Part shown: positions 6,691 through 16,305 of the stretch, in pieces
How the letters are laid out: each line of letters opens with the position of its first letter
Numbering within the stretch: position 1 is the first letter of the stretch
Virus record (IMG/VR): IMGVR_UViG_3300012919_001127
Span: 1 to 64,000 of that record
Reading direction: 5' to 3' (one strand)
Origin: an uncultured virus (IMG/VR IMGVR_UViG_3300012919_001127)
Taxonomy: Duplodnaviria > Heunggongvirae > Uroviricota > Caudoviricetes
DNA length: 64,000 bases
Notes under the pieces: generated by a model
Databases searched by the model: none
Told to the model about the DNA's origin: nothing
The model's input: the letters and a program-made list of their open reading frames with translations, nothing else
Position numbers and translations under genes: made by a program

Positions 6691-8462
6691 TATGTCATTA
6701 CCTCTACATCATTATCATATGATGTAAATCCATTTTCTTTGATTACTTTCAACACGTTTGTAACACGACTTGCTAATTCTTCTTTGTGTGATATCAAATA
6801 AATGTTCTTTTGACGTTCTCTACCCATTTTCTTCAATACAGCAATGGCATTTTCTACACCATTTGCATCCATACCACTATCAACCAATTCATCAATAAAC
6901 AATAGGTTGATATTTTGATACAAACTTTCCCACACATCTCTAAATGCCCAACTCAATCCTAGTATTAATCTGTTTCTTTCACCTCTTGACAAGTTGTCAA
7001 AGTCTAAATCTTGTCCTAGTTGTGTGATTTCAACAGTTAGATCATTTTTAAACACCACTGTGTGTGGAAGTTGTAGTCTATCCAAATAATGTGTAAGTCT
7101 GTTGTTTAGATATGCTAGATTTTGATCAATAATCTTTTTCCTAATGAAAGAATCTTTGTTTGTCAACAGCTTGTATAAAAAGTCTTGGTGATCCTTTGTG
7201 TCATTTAGTTCATTAACGGCATCCCAGTTTACTTCTTGTATTGCAGTTTTTTCTAAATCCTCAATTTGTTCTGTGTATGGATCAAGTTCATCAGTCTTTT
7301 CTTTCAAACTTTGTTTCAAACTGTCAACGTTGCTTCTGTGTTGATATGCTTCTTTGGCAGTTTCATAAAATGTATTTGGCTTACTGTCAAGTTCGCCTAT
7401 GTCTTCAATAAGTTTTTCAACCTTTTGCATTTTTTCAGCCATGCTTGTTTGATAAACGTGTGCATCACCATAATCTTTTTGCAGTTTATCTTTCATTTCT
7501 TCAAGTTTGTCATCATGCAAGTCTTGACCACAAGCATAACATTTGGCAGTTTCAAGTTCATCAAGTTGTTTACCAAGTTTGTTTACATTATTATCAGCTT
7601 GTTCTAATGCACGTTCAACAGTTGCACGTTCTTTTCTTAAATTAGTAAGATGTTTACTGTTTTCTTCCCAAGTTTTTAGTTTTTCATGATCTTCAAGTTC
7701 ACTATCTATGTCAAGTTGCTCTAATTCACGTATTGCTTTTTCTAGTTTATCTCTGTCTTGTTTGTTTTGTGCAATCCAAGCCTTTTTTCTGCTGTGCAAT
7801 CTTTCAATATTTTCTTTGATCTTATCATTGCTGTTTGTGATTGCTTGTATTCTTGCGTTTTCTTCTGTAAGTTTATCTCTTGTTATTTTTGTTGCCTCTC
7901 TTAATAGATCAGCTTTTTCAGAAAGAATTGTAATACCAAGTAATTGTTCTATTATAGCACGTTGATCGTTTGGCTTTAGTGCTAAAAAGGGCTCTGTGTA
8001 AGTGTTAAGTGCCACAATATGCTTGAACATATCATGACTCATACCTAACAAGTCATTTATATCGCCTTGTGTTTTACGTGAATCACCTTGGCTTTCATCT
8101 GTAAGTTCTTGTTCTTTTTGATCTATGTAAAATTTAAGTGTGTTAGGTTTACGTCCTCTTTCTATTCTATAATCTTTGCCATTTTTAGTAAATGCAAGAG
8201 TAACTAACATACCTTTGTTGTTTGTTTTGTTTACAAGATTATCACGTCTAATGTTTGTAAGTGCTTGTCCGTAAAGTGCATAACTCAAAGCATTAATAAT
8301 TGTTGTTTTACCTGTACCGTTACGTGATCCACTGTCGTCTCCACCTTGATCTAAGTTTTCACCTAACACCAATGTAAGTTGTTGCTTGTTGAAATCTACT
8401 GCCTGTGTTGTGTTACCAACACTCATAAAATTTTTAACTGTCAAATCTTGTATTCTAATCAT
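6690..8462 (-). CDS. gp46: Recombination endonuclease ATPase subunit (Rad50/SbcC, T4 gp46)
   Basis: KNFMS, Walker A NGTGKT, coiled coil with CYAC zinc hook, LSRGE signature, LFIDE Walker B, ISHK. Confidence 0.93.
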   Translation of the reverse strand: MIRIQDLTVKNFMSVGNTTQAVDFNKQQLTLVLGENLDQGGDDSGSRNGTGKTTIINALSYALYGQALTNIRRDNLVNKTNNKGMLVTLAFTKNGKDYRIERGRKPNTLKFYIDQKEQELTDESQGDSRKTQGDINDLLGMSHDMFKHIVALNTYTEPFLALKPNDQRAIIEQLLGITILSEKADLLREATKITRDKLTEENARIQAITNSNDKIKENIERLHSRKKAWIAQNKQDRDKLEKAIRELEQLDIDSELEDHEKLKTWEENSKHLTNLRKERATVERALEQADNNVNKLGKQLDELETAKCYACGQDLHDDKLEEMKDKLQKDYGDAHVYQTSMAEKMQKVEKLIEDIGELDSKPNTFYETAKEAYQHRSNVDSLKQSLKEKTDELDPYTEQIEDLEKTAIQEVNWDAVNELNDTKDHQDFLYKLLTNKDSFIRKKIIDQNLAYLNNRLTHYLDRLQLPHTVVFKNDLTVEITQLGQDLDFDNLSRGERNRLILGLSWAFRDVWESLYQNINLLFIDELVDSGMDANGVENAIAVLKKMGRERQKNIYLISHKEELASRVTNVLKVIKENGFTSYDNDVEVMT

Positions 8463-9471
8463 CTTTGTTTAGGTCTCTATAAATTTGCAACAATTTACCT
8501 TTGTTAAATTGTTCTGATTCAATTGCTTCAATCTCTTTTGCAACTATTTCATCAACACTTTCAAACTTTGTAATGTCGATATCCGAATTCATTTCTTCTT
8601 CTTGTGTGTTTGGTATTAAACTTATCTCTCTACAGTTGTACTGATTGATAAAAGTTTCTTTTATGAAGTTTGCTTCTTCATAACTAATAGGCAAATCAAG
8701 TGTAACTCTTAGATACATCTTAGATTTTAGTATAGTTTCTTTTTCATCAAGCAGTCTTGATAATTTTATTGTTCTATACTTGGGGCAATTCCACCAATTG
8801 ATGTACTGCGGTTCGCCACCATGTTCTAGTATCATCATACCACGTTCATCATCCCACGCATCTGCGTAATTGTGTGGCAATGCGTTACCAATGTAATGCA
8901 CAGGACCTTTGACTTGGCGTTTGTGGAAGTGTCCACTGAACACATATTCTTGATGTTTAAAGTGATCTGCTTGTAATTCACCAGTGTCTGGCATCTGAAC
9001 CATTGCATTCATGTAAAAGTTAGGAAGTTCAAAGTGTCCAAAGATGTATTTGCTTTTTATTTTAGGAATCTTCTTCCATTCATCTCCAACCAACCACGGA
9101 ATAAGTGTAACATCACCTTCTGTCATCATCTCATTTACCATTGTGATGCCTTCAATGTGTCTTGCAAAGTCTATGGAGTTGATATCTCTTTTGTCTTTGT
9201 AGTATAAATCATGATTGCCAGGAAAGAAATAAAATTTTTCAAAAGCCTTGCCTAGCTTTTCAAGACTTCTAATAGTTGCGTCCATGGTCAGCATATTCAA
9301 ACTGTTTCTGTTGTGATGCCAGTCGCCACAAAAGATACCAGTTTCGCAACCGTTTTCTTTGGCTTGTTCTATATACCAATCAATAAATTCTTCACAGTCA
9401 TCATTGTGAATTTTTGAATTAGACTTCAATCCAAAATGGATGTCTGTAAATACTGCCGCTTTCTTAAACAA
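8455..9471 (-). CDS. gp47: Recombination endonuclease nuclease subunit (Mre11/SbcD, T4 gp47)
   Basis: Metallophosphoesterase motifs TDIHFG, GD, GNHD, GHFE, SGHFH; adjacent to gp46. Confidence 0.93.
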   Translation of the reverse strand: MFKKAAVFTDIHFGLKSNSKIHNDDCEEFIDWYIEQAKENGCETGIFCGDWHHNRNSLNMLTMDATIRSLEKLGKAFEKFYFFPGNHDLYYKDKRDINSIDFARHIEGITMVNEMMTEGDVTLIPWLVGDEWKKIPKIKSKYIFGHFELPNFYMNAMVQMPDTGELQADHFKHQEYVFSGHFHKRQVKGPVHYIGNALPHNYADAWDDERGMMILEHGGEPQYINWWNCPKYRTIKLSRLLDEKETILKSKMYLRVTLDLPISYEEANFIKETFINQYNCREISLIPNTQEEEMNSDIDITKFESVDEIVAKEIEAIESEQFNKGKLLQIYRDLNKDD

Positions 9472-9493
9472 AATATTTCCTCGCGATTATCAT

Positions 9494-9522
9494 AGTGTAC
9501 ACGAAATAAGTGTATTTGTCAA
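9494..9522 (-). promoter_or_regulatory. Sigma70-type promoter for gp47/gp46
   Basis: TTGACA (9522-9517), 17-nt spacer, TACACT (9499-9494). Confidence 0.7.
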
Positions 9523-9530
9523 ATACTTCC

Positions 9531-10361
9531 TTATTCTTTTTCTGTTGTTTTGTTTGCTTCTTTAACTTGTCTTTCCCAAGTGCCTTGGTTCTGTCTAGTA
9601 AAAGATGGATTCATGTGATTCATTTCTAGTATATCGTCACGTATGTTTTGATTACGTTTTTCAATATTAATGATTCTCACAAACGAATTTGTTACCGCCG
9701 CTGTGTAATATGCAAAAGGATTATTTGATTTTGATTCATCAAACTGCAAACCTATCTGTGTAAGTTGGAGAATAGCTTGTCCTTTCATTTCATCATTGTA
9801 TGTGTAACCTCTAACGTTACCTCTTGTTGCATATCTTTCACACAACTTCATCCACATCAATGCAAGTTTGTTAGTTGCCATTCCGTGGCTTTTATTAAAT
9901 CTACCATTTGACATTCCGCCTTCCCAATGGCTTTTGCCCACACATATCAATTCATCTTTTTCATTGAATTTGAAATGTTGGAATGGTGGAAAGTTCAATT
10001 TTGTCTTTGTATCAGCTACGTTTTTTGGATTTTTCTTTCTACCTTTTTCTTCTGGAATGTGATCATACGTCATAATTCGGAAAACAACATCAGTTTTTGC
10101 TATTTTTCTGTAGTCTACGGCACAATCAGCCTGCTTGACACGTTCACCTGCTTCTTTCCTTTGCTCATATTCCTGCAAACCAAGCCGTTTTGCCTTGTTT
10201 CTTTTGGCATCTGCTATGGTTCTGATGTTTATTTTGTCTATACTTGGAAGGATTATGTCATAACGTGCAAAATCGTCGTCTGTGTAACTGCAAAACGTGT
10301 TCTTTGACTTATGTATCTCCGCCAGTATATCTCTGTTATTGAGATAGTTTACTCTCTTCAT
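9531..10361 (-). CDS. gp55: Late-transcription sigma factor (T4 gp55-like)
   Basis: NYLNN, YTYNDEMKGQAI, FDESKSNNPFAYYT, F.R.I..EK motifs; gp55-gp47-gp46 order as in T4; GGAG RBS before ATG 10361. Confidence 0.9.
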   Translation of the reverse strand: MKRVNYLNNRDILAEIHKSKNTFCSYTDDDFARYDIILPSIDKINIRTIADAKRNKAKRLGLQEYEQRKEAGERVKQADCAVDYRKIAKTDVVFRIMTYDHIPEEKGRKKNPKNVADTKTKLNFPPFQHFKFNEKDELICVGKSHWEGGMSNGRFNKSHGMATNKLALMWMKLCERYATRGNVRGYTYNDEMKGQAILQLTQIGLQFDESKSNNPFAYYTAAVTNSFVRIINIEKRNQNIRDDILEMNHMNPSFTRQNQGTWERQVKEANKTTEKE

Positions 10362-10417
10362 TGTATTCTCCAAATATTCCGAGTTATAGACGGGGATGTC
10401 TTAAGTAAATAAATATT

Positions 10418-10446
10418 ATTATAAACTACGCACATAACTTTGTCAA
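10418..10446 (-). promoter_or_regulatory. Consensus sigma70 promoter driving gp55
   Basis: TTGACA (10446-10441), 17-nt spacer, TATAAT (10423-10418): perfect consensus. Confidence 0.85.
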
Positions 10447-10447
10447 C

Positions 10448-10453
10448 TAAATA
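10448..10453 (+). promoter_or_regulatory. Late promoter core TAAATA for the baseplate operon
   Basis: TAAATA then AAGGAG RBS before ATG 10474; the same core precedes genes at 15816, 16281, 34599, 39100, 41525 and 51004. Confidence 0.65.
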
Positions 10454-10473
10454 TATGTAAGGAGTTAGCCAAA

Positions 10474-11430
10474 ATGACTACATTTAGAAACGGAAAAATA
10501 TCAAAAGACAATATTGTTCGTGCAGATGGTTTCACTGATCGTGAACGTGCCAACGAATTTGATCTTGGTAACAAGCCAGTTGGATCTGATCCATCAGCTA
10601 ATGGTTTCTTCAACGGCAAAGACCCGTTTGTAAATGGAGTTAAGGACTTTTTCAATCCTAGTGAATTAGCAAAAAGTATACGCAGTAAAAATGCTCCTGT
10701 AGACGGTATAGGTAATGTACAAAAAGCTAAGGAATCTGCACCAGCAGGTTTCAAAAAATCAACGGAACAAGACTGGCGAGTAAAATTAAGTATTCCCACT
10801 ATTGAACCTTTTAAATCCTCTGCCTTGTTGGCGCCTTTAAGACACACTGGCGGTTTAGTTTTTCCATACACACCTTCAATCATTGTATCGCATAGTGCAA
10901 ACTACAATGCTATTGCCCCTACACATACTAATTATCCTTACTATGCTTATCAAAACTCACAAGTGGATCAGTTGGTTATCACTGGTGACTTTTTTGTACA
11001 GAATGGATTAGAAGCACAATATTGGGTAGCGGCTTTACATTACTTAAGAAGTATGTCAAAGATGTTCTTTGGAGGAGAAGCTGACACAATTGGTGCACCT
11101 CCGCCTATAGCAAAACTAAACGGATATGGAGATCACATTTTCAATAACGTTCCTGTAATTGTAACACAGTTTACAACTGACTTGCCGCAAGACGTTGATT
11201 ACATAGCAACAGGTTTTTCAACAGGCAAGGAACAAAAACGTCAAGTTGGTCCACAAGGAAGATACACAGAAACTTATTCCGACGGAAAACTTATGACAGG
11301 ATGGGCACCTACACAATCATTAATTACTGTAACTGTACAACCAGTCTACTCAAGAAGCGAGATTGCACAGTTCAGCTTAAACAAATATGTCAACGGTGGA
11401 TACATTGCCGATGGTAAAGGATTTATTTAA
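10474..11430 (+). CDS. Baseplate / tail tube initiator, gp48/gp54-like
   Basis: LVFPYTPSI, HTNY, YQNS.VD, GAPPP, NNVPVIVT; first gene of the baseplate operon. Confidence 0.6.
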   Translation: MTTFRNGKISKDNIVRADGFTDRERANEFDLGNKPVGSDPSANGFFNGKDPFVNGVKDFFNPSELAKSIRSKNAPVDGIGNVQKAKESAPAGFKKSTEQDWRVKLSIPTIEPFKSSALLAPLRHTGGLVFPYTPSIIVSHSANYNAIAPTHTNYPYYAYQNSQVDQLVITGDFFVQNGLEAQYWVAALHYLRSMSKMFFGGEADTIGAPPPIAKLNGYGDHIFNNVPVIVTQFTTDLPQDVDYIATGFSTGKEQKRQVGPQGRYTETYSDGKLMTGWAPTQSLITVTVQPVYSRSEIAQFSLNKYVNGGYIADGKGFI

Positions 11431-11735
11431 TGCCAAATTACAGAGAGTCAAGTCCTTATGCTGACACAAATTATAATGAGACTAATGCTTACTTAGATCA
11501 TTTTAGGGTCAGACCTATTCCAGCTTCAAGCGATGATGTTGTGTATCAGATAGAACCACAATACCATCAAAGACCAGATTTGTTTGCTTATGACATATAC
11601 AACAATCCAAATCTATGGTGGGTGTTTTGTCAACGTAACATGGACACGATGGAAGATCCTATATATGATTTTAAATCTGGATCTAAAATTTATGTTCCAA
11701 AAGGGGCCGCATTAAAGAATATACTAGGAGTATAG
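11430..11735 (+). CDS. gp53: Baseplate wedge protein gp53-like (LysM-type)
   Basis: RPDLFAYDIYNNPNLWWVF...N...G.KIYVP motif. Confidence 0.8.
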   Translation: MPNYRESSPYADTNYNETNAYLDHFRVRPIPASSDDVVYQIEPQYHQRPDLFAYDIYNNPNLWWVFCQRNMDTMEDPIYDFKSGSKIYVPKGAALKNILGV

Positions 11736-11738
11736 GCT

Positions 11739-14249
11739 ATGAGTGAAAGAATTATAGTTGACCTAGACAGAGCTGGCAAACTAGAAAGCGAAATAGAAAA
11801 AAAATTACAAAGCGGACAGTCCATTGGAAGTGTCATGGACGAATCTCTTGCAGTCGTAAAAAACGAAATATTCCAAACAGAAGAACTAGGTGGTTCAGCA
11901 ACAATAGATGTTGATTCAATTGTTGATGGTAGTACAAGTTCTTACACAGGAGCAACTACAACTAATAAAAAAGTAATTGCCAAGCAAAACACAGAAGAAG
12001 TTGTGCTTGATGACATAGACTATGACGCTAGTTTTAGAAAAATGCGTGACCACAAAGTTGATACAATAAATTTAGTTGAAAACGTGTTACACAAATATAG
12101 ATCTTTCAACACAATATGGTCAATGTTTTGTCTTACACCAGAAGAAATGGCAGATCCAGACAACACATACATGACTAGCGAACCACAAACTGTTTTAATT
12201 AGAGGTGCAGGTGGAATAGGAAATTATCAAAGTGAAAGACGTCCTAAAACAAGATTAGAAAGAGCAGGCGGCAAAGTTGAATATTACATAGAAGATGTAA
12301 ACATCAAATCAATAATAGGATCAAGTGGTCCAACCAGAATGCCTCCTGTGCATAATTTTAATTTTACTGTCAAAGAACCTTACAGCATGGGACAGTTTTT
12401 AGAACTATTACAGATTTCAGCCATGCAGGCAGGTTATGAAACTTACATTGGATCGCCTTTTTGTTTGATGTGCGAATTTATTGGACACACAGACAATGAC
12501 AAAACAGAAAGGGCTGGAAGAAGATTCTTTCCTATCCTTTTAAGTCAGTCCAATATGACTGTTGATGCGGGAGGTTGTGTATATGAAATACCAGCCATAA
12601 CAACATCAATGGGAACCAATGCTGATAGTGTGCAAACAATTAAACAAGATATCACTATCATAGGTGGAACTGTAGAAGAAGCATTACAAAGTGGATCACA
12701 AAGTTTAACAAGAGTTATTAATAGTGCATTACTAGATAGGGAAACAAAAGAAGAAACAACTTTCTCTGACGAATACATTATATTATTTCCAAAATCAAAA
12801 GATCTTTCAAGTCGCAAGTTTAAAGGTGAACAGCAGGGAGATTCAGAAACATCTGCAACTTATGATCCTGAAAAAGAATATGCTTCAAGATACGGAGAAA
12901 CCACAAGTGTGAGACAGGTTGATTATGAGACTTGGGTAAAAAACGTAACAGGATTTGCTGTTAAAAGATCAAAAACTTCAGATGCACTCAAAGCCAACTC
13001 TTTAAAACAAGAAAACATAAATCAAATTGGTCAAGGAAAATTATTAACAGACAAGCTAGGTAAAGGTGGCATACGTCCTGGAAACTACTATGCAAGTTAT
13101 GACAAAGAAAAAAATGTATTTGAACAAGGAGCAATAAGCATTCCACAGGACAAGAGAGCATTCAAGTTTGAAAAAGGAACAAAACTAAATCAAATTATCG
13201 AAGAGATGGTTGTGTCCAGTGAATGGGCTAAAAGCATTACAGATAAAGCAACTGACCCAGAAGGATTTAGAGATTGGTTTACAATTCAAACAAAGATGTA
13301 TTTTGTTCCTGTCAAAGACACAGCAGTTAAAAAAGGAAGAATGCCACGCATATATGTTTTCCAAGTTATTCCTTTCAAAGTACACAGTTCAATTTGGCAG
13401 GCACCAACAGAGCCATCAAAAGGAACAAAGGAAATATATAGAAAACTTTCAAAGGTTTACAATTATCTGTACACAGGAAGAAACAAAGATGTATTAGAGT
13501 TTGACATCAGATACAACACAAGATTTTTAACAAATGCTCCACTTACCAAAGGTAAGGACACAGCACAACAACAAGACAAGGGTGATTCAGCAACAAGTCA
13601 ACAAAATCCTGATGAACAAAACATTACACAAAAAGAAGGTAAGAAGGAAGAAGAAAGAGTTTATCCTGTCAAGAATTTACAGGACAGTGACATACAAGTT
13701 ATTACTTCTGGTATGCGTGGTACAGATGCAAGTACCAAAGACATTATCGCAAGGGAGTTTCATCAAGCATTGATCAATTCAAACGTGGACTTGGTAAGAT
13801 GTAGATTAAAGATAATGGGCGATCCTTGGTTTCTTTCTGACAGTGGCATGGGCAACTATCAAGCAGAAAGCAGTCCTATCATATTCAACACCAAAGACAG
13901 AACCATGGATTATGTGAGAGGATTTGTATACATTGGACTAAACTTCAGAACACCATATGATTACAGCAACAGAGGAATACTTGAAGGCGGAATGGTGGGC
14001 GGAGATTCTCTCAAAGTTCCACAGTTCAGTGGCTTGTATAGGGTAACTAAAGTTGAGCATGACTTTAGTGAAGGTCAATTCACACAGACACTTGAAATAC
14101 TGAGACAAATGAATCAAACAGGAATTGATACCAAACAAAGTTCAGATTCAGCTCAGGACATAGGTGGTAATGTAAAAGGCAAAGATGAAAGCAAGGAAGA
14201 AAAATTACCAGGATCATATCAAGATGCTAGTGGAGGAGTATTTGTATAA
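11739..14249 (+). CDS. Baseplate hub protein (gp27/gpD-like)
   Basis: 836 aa between gp53 and gp5; LKIMGDPWF and FSGLYRVTKVEHDFSEGQFTQTL hub motifs. Confidence 0.7.
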   Translation: MSERIIVDLDRAGKLESEIEKKLQSGQSIGSVMDESLAVVKNEIFQTEELGGSATIDVDSIVDGSTSSYTGATTTNKKVIAKQNTEEVVLDDIDYDASFRKMRDHKVDTINLVENVLHKYRSFNTIWSMFCLTPEEMADPDNTYMTSEPQTVLIRGAGGIGNYQSERRPKTRLERAGGKVEYYIEDVNIKSIIGSSGPTRMPPVHNFNFTVKEPYSMGQFLELLQISAMQAGYETYIGSPFCLMCEFIGHTDNDKTERAGRRFFPILLSQSNMTVDAGGCVYEIPAITTSMGTNADSVQTIKQDITIIGGTVEEALQSGSQSLTRVINSALLDRETKEETTFSDEYIILFPKSKDLSSRKFKGEQQGDSETSATYDPEKEYASRYGETTSVRQVDYETWVKNVTGFAVKRSKTSDALKANSLKQENINQIGQGKLLTDKLGKGGIRPGNYYASYDKEKNVFEQGAISIPQDKRAFKFEKGTKLNQIIEEMVVSSEWAKSITDKATDPEGFRDWFTIQTKMYFVPVKDTAVKKGRMPRIYVFQVIPFKVHSSIWQAPTEPSKGTKEIYRKLSKVYNYLYTGRNKDVLEFDIRYNTRFLTNAPLTKGKDTAQQQDKGDSATSQQNPDEQNITQKEGKKEEERVYPVKNLQDSDIQVITSGMRGTDASTKDIIAREFHQALINSNVDLVRCRLKIMGDPWFLSDSGMGNYQAESSPIIFNTKDRTMDYVRGFVYIGLNFRTPYDYSNRGILEGGMVGGDSLKVPQFSGLYRVTKVEHDFSEGQFTQTLEILRQMNQTGIDTKQSSDSAQDIGGNVKGKDESKEEKLPGSYQDASGGVFV

Positions 14250-15814
14250 TGAGTGATCTTCCACAAAAGAATACCAACATAGATAGAAACTCCAAGCACA
14301 CAACCGTGGTTGCAAAACCAGGTCCATATGAAGCAAGGGTAATCAACAATCTTGATCCTGAATACCAAGGAGCTCTCACTGTACAGCTTTTGAAAACCAA
14401 CACCAGTGGTAACGTTAACTTTGCAGAAGGTCAAGTTTACATTGCCAGATACCTTTCACCGTTTGCAGGACAAACACCATCTTGGGGTATAACAAAAAAT
14501 GATACCTACAAGGATGGACAACAAAGTTATGGTATGTGGTTTGTGCCACCAGATGTAGGCACAAAGGTATTGGTGATATTTGCTGAGGGAAATCCTAATC
14601 TGTGTTATTGGTTGGGTTGTGTTAATGACAAGTTCATGAACCATTCCGTTCCAGATCATGCGGCATCAACTTTCACAACTGACGGCACACCAGATGATCT
14701 CAAGGGTAAAAAATTACCAGTAACAGAATACAACAAACAGATTGAGACTGGTTCAGGCATTGATCCTACAAAATTTAAAAAGCCATATCAAAAATTGATA
14801 ACTGACACATTACAAGCACAGGGCTTGTTGGAAGATGAAACACGTGGTATCACAACATCAAGTGCAAGGAGAGAAGTTCCAAGTGCGGTGTTTGGAATAT
14901 CCACTCCAGGACCTGTGGACAAGACCAGCGGGTCACCAAAGGTTAGAGTTGGTACAAACGAAAACTTTAACAACATATTCAAGGCAAGATTGGGCGGAAC
15001 GTCATTAACATTTGATGATGGAAATGATAAATTTTTAAGAAAAAAATCTCCAAGTGAAGAATCACCAGACTATGCAAATGTAAATGTTGGTGAAACTGAT
15101 GGTGATGTAACAAGACCACACAACGAGTTGGTACGTTTGCGTACACGTACAGGACATCAAATACTTTTACACAACACAGAAGACTTGATATACATTGGCA
15201 ACAGCAGAGGTACTGCTTGGATTGAATTAACTTCAGACGGTAAGATTGATATATTTGCAGAAGACTCAATCAGTATGCACACCAAGAATGATTTCAATCT
15301 TACAGCAGACAGAAACTTTACCATTGAAGCGGGTGCTAATTTAAGTTTGAAAGCATCAGGTGATTATGTGGGAGACAAGATCCTCAAAGGAAGGGTACAG
15401 ATAGAATCAAACAAAAACACAAACATACTTGTAGGCGGTAGCACAAAGATCACAACAACTTCAGACTTTGATGTAAACACAGGTGGAGCAAACAAACTTA
15501 CAGCAGGAAGTACAACTGACATACTCAGCGGAGGCAACCATACAGAAACCGCTACCGAAATCCATATGAATGGACCGCAGGCGGCTACGGCCGCTGTCGC
15601 GTCCGCTCTGTCTACGCACCGCGTACCGGGTCATACGACCTACGGTATTCTTTCACAACGTTCTCCACAAGCTGAACCTTGGTCACATCATGAGAACTTG
15701 AACCCGTTAGCATTTAAAGTTGCTGTAACTGATAGAGATTTGGTCACAACAGTGGCAAATCCATTACCAACACCAACTACTCCAGACGTATTCAAAAAGG
15801 AGTTTAAAGCATAG
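14249..15814 (+). CDS. gp5: Baseplate central spike gp5/VgrG-like (OB fold plus beta-helix, no lysozyme domain)
   Basis: SYGMWFVPPDVGTKVLVIF.EG....YWLG OB fold, RTRTGHQI, WIELTSDG, beta-helix repeats. Confidence 0.8.
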   Translation: MSDLPQKNTNIDRNSKHTTVVAKPGPYEARVINNLDPEYQGALTVQLLKTNTSGNVNFAEGQVYIARYLSPFAGQTPSWGITKNDTYKDGQQSYGMWFVPPDVGTKVLVIFAEGNPNLCYWLGCVNDKFMNHSVPDHAASTFTTDGTPDDLKGKKLPVTEYNKQIETGSGIDPTKFKKPYQKLITDTLQAQGLLEDETRGITTSSARREVPSAVFGISTPGPVDKTSGSPKVRVGTNENFNNIFKARLGGTSLTFDDGNDKFLRKKSPSEESPDYANVNVGETDGDVTRPHNELVRLRTRTGHQILLHNTEDLIYIGNSRGTAWIELTSDGKIDIFAEDSISMHTKNDFNLTADRNFTIEAGANLSLKASGDYVGDKILKGRVQIESNKNTNILVGGSTKITTTSDFDVNTGGANKLTAGSTTDILSGGNHTETATEIHMNGPQAATAAVASALSTHRVPGHTTYGILSQRSPQAEPWSHHENLNPLAFKVAVTDRDLVTTVANPLPTPTTPDVFKKEFKA

Positions 15815-15826
15815 GTAAATATTGAT

Positions 15827-16258
15827 ATGGCAGACTTATACAAAAAAATTACAGTTCCTTCAGGAGAAAACATACAACCAACTACAACTAACCGTGCCTA
15901 TAAAGGTATAAGCACAGTAAATCCTGAGAACAACAGCAAATCATTGTTTGATATAGCATTGATAAAACAAGACATCATTAACAGTTTTCATATCAAACAG
16001 GGCGAAAAGCTGATGAATCCAGAATTTGGAACCATTATATGGGATGCCATACACGAGCCACTGACAGAAGATTTAAAAGAAGCAATAGCAAAAAATGTAA
16101 GTGATATTATTAATAGCGATCCTCGTGTAGTTGCAGGTACCATAGAGTGTGACAGTTACGAGAGCGGAATACTAATTGACGTAGATTTGACATATCTACC
16201 ATACAATATTTCGGAACGTTTGAGACTTAAATTTGACGAAGATGCCGGACAGTTTTAA
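15827..16258 (+). CDS. gp25: Baseplate wedge subunit gp25
   Basis: KQGEKLMNPEFGTII..., DPRV motif. Confidence 0.85.
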   Translation: MADLYKKITVPSGENIQPTTTNRAYKGISTVNPENNSKSLFDIALIKQDIINSFHIKQGEKLMNPEFGTIIWDAIHEPLTEDLKEAIAKNVSDIINSDPRVVAGTIECDSYESGILIDVDLTYLPYNISERLRLKFDEDAGQF

Positions 16259-16305
16259 GTACGCACTTAATGGATTAAAATAAATACTTATAATAAGGAA
16301 AGCAA

